Source: Promethearchaeota archaeon
Lineage (GTDB): Archaea > Asgardarchaeota > Lokiarchaeia > Sigyniarchaeales > Promethearchaeaceae
DNA length: 32,000 nt
Direction: 5' to 3'
Assembly (NCBI GenBank): GCA_016933055.1
Contig: JAFGBS010000021.1
Coordinates: 92,842 to 124,841, forward strand
Within the stretch, counting starts at the first letter, position 1, and every line of letters starts with the position of its first letter. The notes below the pieces were generated by a model. That model had not been told where the DNA came from. It ran no database searches and saw only the letters and a program-made list of their open reading frames with translations. Below are positions 8,669 to 16,492 of this stretch, one piece after another. The position numbers and the translations under genes are program-made.

Positions 8669-8764
8669 ATGCAAGTAAAACTTAGAACAGTACTTCATGT
8701 TCTATTCGATGGTTCTGCTAATAGAATTCCAAAATTGGTGTACTTTCATATTAGTTTGTTTTGA
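8669..8764 (+). CDS. Putative 31-aa small protein MQVKLRTVLHVLFDGSANRIPKLVYFHISLF
   Basis: Strong GGAGGAG ending 3 nt before the ATG. No homology evidence. Confidence 0.25.
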   Translation: MQVKLRTVLHVLFDGSANRIPKLVYFHISLF

Positions 8765-8839
8765 TTAAAGGTAGCGGGATTCGGTCATCGATCAATGGAA
8801 ATTTTATTTACTTTAGATTTGTTAAATTATTTGATCCTC

Positions 8840-9652
8840 ATGGAAGGTTTAGATACTTATACGATTAAAGAATTTTCGAAAGTACGGCAAATTTTGAGTG
8901 ACGTCTATGAAGTTTCTATCAAAAAAACCTCGGTTATCGGCTTGATTGAACTAGATGTTACAACAGCTCGTCACCGAATGCGAACATTTGAATCGGAGAC
9001 AGGGAAAAAATTATCATTCACGGGTTGGTTAATCAAATGCATTTCGCAAGCCGTGAGTGAACATAAAGAAGTCCACGCCTATCGAGTAAAGAAAAACAAA
9101 ATAATCGTATTTGATAATGTGCATGTGAGTGTAATGGTGGAAAGGACCACAAGTTCGGGTATAAAAGTTCCAATCACTTATGTTATTACTTCAGCTAACA
9201 CCAAATCCGTCATGGAAATTACTGATGAAATAAGACAAGCTCAACAGCGAAAAATTGAAGAAAAGAATCAATTCGTGGCAGGCACCCCAAATTTCTTTGT
9301 TAAATTATACTCTCTCGTTCCGAGATTTCTGCGAAGAAGAATAATTCGAAAAAAATTATCAGATCCTTGGTTTTATATTAAAAATGCAGGAACAGTCGGT
9401 GTTACTGCTATCGGAATGTTTGGGAAAAATATTGCAGGGTGGGCGATACCCTTCACTTCTAGCACTCTAAATGTAGCAGTAGGGGGAATGAAAAGTAAGC
9501 CAGAACTGGTGGATGGTAATCTTATTGATAGGGAATTTCTGAATTTGACCATCCAAATCGATCACACCTTGGTAGATGGAGCTCCGGCTACTCGATTTGT
9601 CTCTAGGTTGGTAGAATTGGTGGAATCTGGTTTTGGTTGCTATCAAATTTAA
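8840..9652 (+). CDS. Stand-alone 2-oxoacid dehydrogenase acyltransferase (E2) catalytic domain protein
   Basis: IELDVT, KLSFTGWLIKCISQA, GTVGVTAIG, LNVAVGG and DHTLVDGAPATRF (HxxxDG). No lipoyl or E3-binding domain. ORF track starts at 8795; ATG 8840 is the more likely start. Confidence 0.88.
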   Translation: MEGLDTYTIKEFSKVRQILSDVYEVSIKKTSVIGLIELDVTTARHRMRTFESETGKKLSFTGWLIKCISQAVSEHKEVHAYRVKKNKIIVFDNVHVSVMVERTTSSGIKVPITYVITSANTKSVMEITDEIRQAQQRKIEEKNQFVAGTPNFFVKLYSLVPRFLRRRIIRKKLSDPWFYIKNAGTVGVTAIGMFGKNIAGWAIPFTSSTLNVAVGGMKSKPELVDGNLIDREFLNLTIQIDHTLVDGAPATRFVSRLVELVESGFGCYQI

Positions 9653-9737
9653 TAAATGTGTAATTTAGCTTGAAAGATATAGATGGAACTTAAGAATCAA
9701 ATATTCGAATGGAATTAATGTCCTCGACGGTCTTTAG

Positions 9738-10454
9738 ATGAAAAAATATTTTCTATTTGTTCTATCTCTTTTCGTTTTAGGGGTACTAACTCTGACTGGA
9801 TATGAAGTAAAAGCATTAAATTATTCTCCTGGCGTTGAAGTAGGTGATGTGTTGATATGGGAGACGCAGGAAGACCTCCACATTGCTCATACGGAACCTA
9901 ATATATGGTACACGAAACACGTAATTATCGCAATCAATGACGTGAATGAGAATACAACATGGGTCCAAGCTAATACCTTTTATTCGGAAGATAACATAGA
10001 TTATGAACCCACTGGAGAAAATATAACTTGTGGTGTGTTAGAGGATTATATATTACAGCACAGTGTCTATGAAATATGGATCAATAAGTACTATTATATC
10101 GTACCGGGGACTAAAATAGGGGATTACAGCGAAATCATCCAAGATGCGCATGTGGGAGATGAATATAATGTATACATCCTCCAATTTGGATACGGATTGA
10201 ACCTTCAGTATCATGATGATGAGGAAATTTTGTTCCAACAATCGATATACACAAAACAAGGAATATTAGAAAGGTTAAAGATAAATTATTATGACACAAC
10301 AGTTACCTCTCTTCTGCTTTCAATTAATGGAACAAAATATAGATACCAAATACCGGGATACCACTTAATTTTATTCCTTGGCATCATTCTAGTCGCAATA
10401 ACAGGACTTGTTATATGTGTGCACTATTTCCGTAAAGAAAACTTGGCAAGTTAA
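9738..10454 (+). CDS. Secreted/surface protein with Loki-CTERM-like C-terminal anchor
   Basis: Signal peptide MKKYFLFVLSLFVLGVL; C-terminal IPGY + hydrophobic helix + RK tail. Confidence 0.8.
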   Translation: MKKYFLFVLSLFVLGVLTLTGYEVKALNYSPGVEVGDVLIWETQEDLHIAHTEPNIWYTKHVIIAINDVNENTTWVQANTFYSEDNIDYEPTGENITCGVLEDYILQHSVYEIWINKYYYIVPGTKIGDYSEIIQDAHVGDEYNVYILQFGYGLNLQYHDDEEILFQQSIYTKQGILERLKINYYDTTVTSLLLSINGTKYRYQIPGYHLILFLGIILVAITGLVICVHYFRKENLAS

Positions 10455-10518
10455 ATAAAAGTCATTTAACCATCTAGCTAATCCACCTAACTCTTTCCTT
10501 ACTTGGATTCGATCCTTC

Positions 10519-10707
10519 GTTCTTCGAAATAACCATCTGGAATAGTTAATCTGCTAGATGGCTCAATTTTCCTTATATAGCAACCTTGGATCTATATATC
10601 ATAGAACTAAAAAACACTACCACGGAGGTAAAAAAACAATGAACGATTACATGATGGAAAAAATTAATGAATACAAAATAAGAGAAAACCAAAACCGAAA
10701 ATGGTAA
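10519..10707 (+). repeat. Duplicated micro-ORF cassette, copy 2
   Basis: About 93% identical to 6833-7021 without indels (hand alignment). Confidence 0.97.
10639..10707 (+). CDS. 22-aa small protein MNDYMMEKINEYKIRENQNRKW (copy 2)
   Basis: GGAGGT at 10624-10629, ATG at 10639, TAA stop, followed by TTATTTTTACTTTCTTCTTCTTTTTT. Confidence 0.7.
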   Translation: MNDYMMEKINEYKIRENQNRKW

Positions 10708-11056
10708 GTTATTTTTACTTTCTTCTTCTTTTTTGCATTAACAACGCACTTACTTTCTTGAAATAAGGATTCAAACTCAAAGTCATATACTAATTGTTGA
10801 ATTTTGTCTTTGCCCTACTACGTACAAAAAACTACGCAAAAAGCCATCTCGAGATAGATCTTGGATAACATTATTTACTTTGGTAGTTTTTTCCTCACCC
10901 AAGAGTTGAAAATGCTACGAATGCCTTTTCTTTAACTGTTCGATGTCCGATAGATCGTTACACTCAGATAAACTGATGCAATTCACTTCTTTAAGAAGTT
11001 TAAGTTCGCAATCCGATCGATGGGTTATTCGTATCATTTTTCCTTGTTCTTTTTCT

Positions 11057-12469
11057 TCACTTTTGATATAACTCAGGATGTTCCGTGTGTATTGGTATTA
11101 CATGATTTGGACGAACATCTCGAATTATTTGATGAATTTCCTTGCCTGAGGCGTGCCCAGATGCATGTGCATGATATTCTGGAATGCCAAATCGATTTAA
11201 CCAGTTAGATTTGCGCTCTTCATCGAGCTCCATATCATCGGTAAATGGTTCACATGAGGATTTAATCCAAATGGCACCTTTGGGTTGAATATCAATTAAA
11301 TGTTTAATTTCCCACATGTTCATCGAAACTACATAGTGTTGTGGATTTTCAACGAGATCTCGAACTGTAATTGCATTTTCCCGATGGATGAAATCTTGCT
11401 CCCATTTGAAATAATCTTTCGATATTTGATGATCCGTGCAACCATCCTTGCATAGTAGCCCCCATCCCTTATTTGGAACTAGTATTTTCACTTCATCTAT
11501 CGCAAACGGACTGATATCACCCAATAGTTCTATAAGGTATGCTAATTTTAAATTAACTGCGAACTGTCGTTGATTATCTCGTGCAGAGTCATATATCGAT
11601 TTCACTCGATCCAAATCTCGAATGGGATGTTCTACAAACACTAAACCTTGGTTGTTGGAGACTAATTTGCTGATTTCTTCCCGGACTTTCAATTCGCCAA
11701 TAGAATGCATATCTTTAATTCGTGTTCCTTCCATCAATAACCATTCTGGATTTGCAGCTTTTACTTTCTCGACGAAAGCGTGACTATATTCTCCATGATA
11801 TCCGTGAAAGCGAATATCTCCGCTATAAGCTAAATTCCCCTCGTCGCTATAAATGATAAATCCACAAGCACCAGGTAAGGAATGATCCACCAGACAGCAT
11901 TCTATTTCCAGAGAGCCTATCTTTACTTTACCAACATTCGTTCCGGAACACGAGTCCATAATATGAAAGGTACGGTCATGCACATATTCTCCGTGTTTAC
12001 GGTCGATTCGAGACCACTCTCCTTTTTTATTTATGTAGTGTTTATAGGTTTCACATACAGTTACCAAATCCTTAAAACCCCCACTACCAGTTTCTTCTAA
12101 TGCTTGCAATATGAGTTTGGTGGCGTGAGTACAATAAATTGGAATATCCCAACGGAGAAAATGGATATATTGCGCATGATCTGCATGAGCATGGGATAAA
12201 AATAACGCATCCACAGAGCGATCCTCTTTTGGTCGACCCATATGCTCGACATAATCTTCCCGATAGATTCCTTTAATATCTGGAAGCAGGCCCATTTCGA
12301 AAAAATCCTTTAATCCATCACATTTTCGGGGTTGCAGGAATTCGGAAAAATACATGCCAGTTGTGTTAAAACTCATTCCAAAATCCATCAAAATTCTGGT
12401 CCCTTTATGCTCGATAAGTACCTTATTCCCCCCGATCTCATTTCTTCCTCCTAAAACGTCGATCTTCAT
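11057..12469 (-). CDS. RNase J-like MBL/beta-CASP nuclease
   Basis: GGRNEIGGN, MDFG, HAHADH, VDHS, YSGDIRFHG, SSCEP, HASGHA and VIPIHTE. Start most likely MKIDVLGG (12469); ORF track gives 12502. Confidence 0.88.
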   Translation of the reverse strand: MKIDVLGGRNEIGGNKVLIEHKGTRILMDFGMSFNTTGMYFSEFLQPRKCDGLKDFFEMGLLPDIKGIYREDYVEHMGRPKEDRSVDALFLSHAHADHAQYIHFLRWDIPIYCTHATKLILQALEETGSGGFKDLVTVCETYKHYINKKGEWSRIDRKHGEYVHDRTFHIMDSCSGTNVGKVKIGSLEIECCLVDHSLPGACGFIIYSDEGNLAYSGDIRFHGYHGEYSHAFVEKVKAANPEWLLMEGTRIKDMHSIGELKVREEISKLVSNNQGLVFVEHPIRDLDRVKSIYDSARDNQRQFAVNLKLAYLIELLGDISPFAIDEVKILVPNKGWGLLCKDGCTDHQISKDYFKWEQDFIHRENAITVRDLVENPQHYVVSMNMWEIKHLIDIQPKGAIWIKSSCEPFTDDMELDEERKSNWLNRFGIPEYHAHASGHASGKEIHQIIRDVRPNHVIPIHTEHPELYQK

Positions 12470-12604
12470 TTTGCTTTCACACCTAATTTGCATATTTCTC
12501 ATTGTTTTTTATTTTTATATTTTTTTTTATGGTTTTTTACAGTTATTTGTATACCTTTCAGAGTTCTTCCTTTGTATGGTATATTTTAGCATCGGAATAG
12601 TATA

Positions 12605-13972
12605 CTAATCCGTTTCTTTCTCCTCAAATTCTAACTCATCTTCATGTACTTCGATATCACCGATCTTCCAAAAGCGTAATTTGCCTAGGTCATCTCCTGT
12701 GAGAGCACCATAATCATGACCCACAACAATTCGAGCCAATGTGTCACTTATAAATTTATAACTCTTCTTCTGGACGTCTCTCGAAAACAAAAATGCAAGA
12801 TATTCGGGTCCAGAACCACAGATCCAATCCCGAACGTTGGCAATATTAGAGGTAATCTCTTTTTTCATATGCACTTTCTTAATATGTTTTTCCGAGATTC
12901 GAGCAGGTAACTCCCGCTGAAATTGATAGAGGATACCGTTAGAATTGACGATATATAACCCATAGGCAGATTCTGCTATCCCCATTAAAACTGAATTACC
13001 TAAATGTTGGTTTAATAACAACTCACCTTTTGTAGAAAAAATTATCATATCTCCACGATGTTCCCTTATTCCACCTAATACAACAATTCTGTGGGAAATG
13101 GGCAGAAACTCAATTCGTGTGATTTCGGGTTTCCCGAGTACATATTTTGATCTGGTCCCAAAATCTTTTTCAAAAATAGTTCCTTTAGTTCCTCCTTTAA
13201 TTAAAGTTTCCATTTCTTTGTTTTCTTTGAATACTTTTTGATTGAACACTAAGATGGGTTCTTCAACCTGATCTTTACCATCTTTAGGAGGTTTTACATC
13301 CCAAATCTGTACATTACCGTTTTTCAATCCGATAAATAATAAATTCTCATAAATTACTAACGACATTACGGCAGCAGGAACGGATTTTTTCCAGATAATG
13401 TTTTTCTCTTTCCTATTTGAACTCCATTCTAATTTTATTACATAATAACTATGCGGACCTTTAGAAGAATCTCCCTCACTCTCCCGTAATCCCAAATAAA
13501 TAATTTTTTTGGTAGTTTTAGATTTAGTTTGAAGTTCTGTTTTCAGTTCTCGTATGTCAATGACCCCACATCTCACAAATTTCATTGGATAGAATTCCTT
13601 AATTTCAATTTTAAATGATTTTGGATTGATAGTAAACTCGCCGATTTCATATAATCCGAAGTAGAATCCATGATATGGAGTTTTCATGCAGATATCCAAA
13701 ATATAACCTGCTCCCGTCTCAAATATATCGTGTTGTCTGAGAAAGTCCACATTTACGAGATGTTTTTTGCCCGAATCCGATCTTGCTTTAAAGGAATTAT
13801 ACGTACGACGCTCTACATTCTCGAGTTTAAGACTATTTTTCCTTCCCAATTCTTTGGAATTTAGAATTTTATTACTAGAACAATCCAACACTTCGATAAC
13901 ATTTCGAGCGAATTCGACATCGACATCATATTCAGGAATATTGAATCGCTTCTTCTTTGGTTCTTTTGTCAT
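12605..13972 (-). CDS. Hypothetical protein with divergent WD40/beta-propeller-like repeats
   Basis: LFIGLKNGNVQIWD and LTGDDLGKLRFWKI are WD40-like blade ends, with beta-rich segments between. GAGGGTGGTGG RBS upstream. Confidence 0.55.
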   Translation of the reverse strand: MTKEPKKKRFNIPEYDVDVEFARNVIEVLDCSSNKILNSKELGRKNSLKLENVERRTYNSFKARSDSGKKHLVNVDFLRQHDIFETGAGYILDICMKTPYHGFYFGLYEIGEFTINPKSFKIEIKEFYPMKFVRCGVIDIRELKTELQTKSKTTKKIIYLGLRESEGDSSKGPHSYYVIKLEWSSNRKEKNIIWKKSVPAAVMSLVIYENLLFIGLKNGNVQIWDVKPPKDGKDQVEEPILVFNQKVFKENKEMETLIKGGTKGTIFEKDFGTRSKYVLGKPEITRIEFLPISHRIVVLGGIREHRGDMIIFSTKGELLLNQHLGNSVLMGIAESAYGLYIVNSNGILYQFQRELPARISEKHIKKVHMKKEITSNIANVRDWICGSGPEYLAFLFSRDVQKKSYKFISDTLARIVVGHDYGALTGDDLGKLRFWKIGDIEVHEDELEFEEKETD

Positions 13973-14047
13973 TTTTCCACACCACCCTCTTTTTATTAAA
14001 GTTCGCGTTTTATAGGCTCCACAAAAAAAGCCGTGAAAAATGTATAT

Positions 14048-14869
14048 TTAATTTAAATAATGGAAGATTTGAATGAGTTTCTTCCCTTTTTCAGATAACA
14101 TCACTTTTTTATTACGAGTATCGGATGAAATCTCGATATATTCGAGAGTCTTGGAAAGTGGTCGCAAAAAGTCTTTTACTTTCATATACAGTGCAGATTT
14201 ACGCTTGTGAATATCTTTATGCTTGCTTTCCAGATCAATTATCCCGCTAGATTGGAGTTTTTGAACGAGGTCTTTCAGGTAAGCAAATTGTGGTGCATCC
14301 TGAATTTCTTGCTTAGATAACTGTTTTTTTGCATATCTACGCTGAATCATTTCATCAATCAATTTTAGAGTTTGAATGTGTTCCTTTTCGGGTCTCTGGG
14401 TAGGAAAAGTCAGTGGTTTCTCAATGTAAATATCACCCTTATGAACTGGTCCCTCGTCGTAGGGATCATAAGTGGAAGAGTAGACGTAATAGTATTCTAA
14501 ACCCCAGATCTTGGAGGCTTCGATGCTTGCAATTGATGTAATTTTAGACCCGGTACTGATGTTAATATAAATAGTAGCATTAGGGCTTTCTTCTCGTTCT
14601 ATTTTAACTATCTTCGATATTTCTTGAATAACAGCGATATAATCCACGTAATCGATTTCCTTATGTATGATTTGGATCGTAGGAATTTTGTTTTTGAGGA
14701 TTTGTGTATTATCATGATAAAATTGAAGATTAGGGTCTTTTTGCTTAGTTTTCTGTATGCAAGCGGTGAAATAATAAAGTTTATGCGGTGGATTTTGGAG
14801 TAGGGGTTCCGTAATACGATGAGTCTCTTTAGCATTGAATACGATATGAATTTGCGGAGAAAATATCAT
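14048..14869 (-). CDS. DUF6293/HFX_2341-like (CARF-like Rossmann) domain + winged-helix regulator
   Basis: IHIV...ETHRITEPLL...KLYYF, YINISTGSKITSIA, YYVYSSTY; C-terminal helix and wing ending KKVMLSEKGKKL. Confidence 0.7.
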   Translation of the reverse strand: MIFSPQIHIVFNAKETHRITEPLLQNPPHKLYYFTACIQKTKQKDPNLQFYHDNTQILKNKIPTIQIIHKEIDYVDYIAVIQEISKIVKIEREESPNATIYINISTGSKITSIASIEASKIWGLEYYYVYSSTYDPYDEGPVHKGDIYIEKPLTFPTQRPEKEHIQTLKLIDEMIQRRYAKKQLSKQEIQDAPQFAYLKDLVQKLQSSGIIDLESKHKDIHKRKSALYMKVKDFLRPLSKTLEYIEISSDTRNKKVMLSEKGKKLIQIFHYLN

Positions 14870-15042
14870 GATACATCTCGATACTTTTTTACAAGTGATT
14901 TTTTTAACTTATTATCTATTAAGCGAGTTAAGTTAATAAGTTTTATTATTGATGCTGATCGATCTATAGATGCTAAAGGAAGTTCATAGAGCACCGCACC
15001 CCCGGTATTTTGTATGAGCTTCTTTTGGCTCTTATTTTTCAT
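14866..15042 (-). CDS. Putative 58-aa small protein translationally coupled to the DUF6293 gene
   Basis: MKNKSQ...KYRDVS; its TGA overlaps the downstream ATG (ATGA at 14866-14869). Part of the 94-aa ORF-track call. Confidence 0.3.
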   Translation of the reverse strand: MKNKSQKKLIQNTGGAVLYELPLASIDRSASIIKLINLTRLIDNKLKKSLVKKYRDVS

Positions 15043-15116
15043 GGTATATGCCTGTTTGGATATATATGGGGTTATAATTACCATGTAAATAAAAAATACA
15101 GGAGGAAAATGATAAA

Positions 15117-15485
15117 ATGACGAAATATTGCCAAAAATGCGGAACTGCATTAGATGATGATGCGGAATTTTGCGAGAATTGTGGTTCTCAACAAATTAGA
15201 TCTTCTAAACCTGAGCCTCAGAATATCACTGTGAATGTAAATAACGTAGCACAAGTTAATGCAGGAATAGCAGGGTTTCAACCATCTCCAAAATCCAAGA
15301 TTGTTGCATTAATACTCTGGATATTTTTAGGATACATAGGAGGTCATTATTTTTATGCGGGTAGAATTGGAATGGGAATTTTATACTTTTTTACGGTTGG
15401 ATTTTTTGGAATCGGCTGGTGTATTGATCTTTTTGTAATCCTATCAGGTAATTTTAAAGATTCATTCGGAAGACCAATGAAATAA
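15117..15485 (+). CDS. Zinc-ribbon + TM2 (NINE) domain membrane protein
   Basis: CQKCG...FCENCG; KSKIVALILWIFLGYIGGHYFYAGRIGMGILYFFTVGFFGIGWCIDL; AGGAGG upstream. Confidence 0.9.
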   Translation: MTKYCQKCGTALDDDAEFCENCGSQQIRSSKPEPQNITVNVNNVAQVNAGIAGFQPSPKSKIVALILWIFLGYIGGHYFYAGRIGMGILYFFTVGFFGIGWCIDLFVILSGNFKDSFGRPMK

Positions 15486-15760
15486 TCAATTTAACATCAA
15501 AATATTACTTATTTTATTTTTTTATTGCATTTTACTATAAAACGAACTCAATTTTTAAGAGAGAGTTCGATTCACATTTTAAAAGCACTTGAGCGAAATT
15601 TTTCATTCTTTCAATCTGCGTGTCAATCTGTATGTGATCAATCCCTGGAACAGTATAGTAATTATATCCGAATGAAAAATAATGTAGGTCCTTCCAGTGA
15701 GTGAAAAATCCTATTTATTCTGTGAATGTCATAATGCAGAACATGAGAAGATTTTGTTAA

Positions 15761-16270
15761 TTATATAGTATTTTGCAAATCATAGAGCATCAGAAAGTAG
15801 CTACTAATCGCTAGATAAATAATTGTTCTGGAATCGTCTATCTCTGGGTCAATCTTAATGAAAAATGTATGTTTCCCCTTTTTTTTTATCTTTAAATCCT
15901 TATTGATCCAAATTTTGGATCCAGAGAAATTTGAATTTATTCTTTTGGTGTCGTTGTTTTGTTCATCATCAAAATCGTAAATTATTTTTGATGAGCTTTT
16001 TTTTCTTTTTACATTCCCAACGTATTGATTTTCCACGATCTCCTCGCCCCAGTATATTTCAAAGTAAATTGTGGGCGAAAATGGTTTTTCTCTTATGGTC
16101 AATATTGCAGCATAGGAATCATGAAAATAGAGAGGATATAGTTTACTAAATGGTTTTATTTTCAGAAACCCCACTTCTTGTTTATTCCGGTTTAAAATCT
16201 GAATTTTTCCCTTTCGTGGTCCGAATATATGTGTTAAATAAAAATCTCTTTGCGCTCTGTTATCACTCAT
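15761..16270 (-). CDS. Hypothetical protein, possible LURP-one/scramblase (tubby C-like) fold
   Basis: Repeated beta-hairpin pattern (IQILNRNKQEVGFLKIK, ILTIREKPFS, YVGNVKRK) ending in a hydrophobic helix. ORF track starts at 16279. Confidence 0.45.
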   Translation of the reverse strand: MSDNRAQRDFYLTHIFGPRKGKIQILNRNKQEVGFLKIKPFSKLYPLYFHDSYAAILTIREKPFSPTIYFEIYWGEEIVENQYVGNVKRKKSSSKIIYDFDDEQNNDTKRINSNFSGSKIWINKDLKIKKKGKHTFFIKIDPEIDDSRTIIYLAISSYFLMLYDLQNTI

Positions 16271-16492
16271 AATTTTCAAGTTTCCTTATTTTGAATTCGC
16301 ATAGAATTTTTGATTAAATTTATGAATATCTCTATTTCATTTGACAATAAATCAAATTTCTACCTTCCCTATTCATATAATACCGCCATTGCTAAAAGAT
16401 TACCATGAAGTAAGTGGAAGGTCTCTCTATCCTTGATACAGTAATTCTCTTCTCTTCTCAATATTTTAGAGTTGAAAATTTACAATATGATG

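Noticed and set aside
15109-15120. ATG-ATA-AAA-TGA mini-ORF overlapping the TM2 start
   Set aside because: Only 3 nt from the GGAGG and three codons long; no way to distinguish it from chance.
15565-15573. GTTCGATTC tRNA T-loop-like motif
   Set aside because: The flanks cannot form a T stem and no cloverleaf is present.
15611-15645. Three TCAATC units
   Set aside because: Too short and irregularly spaced to call a repeat or CRISPR.
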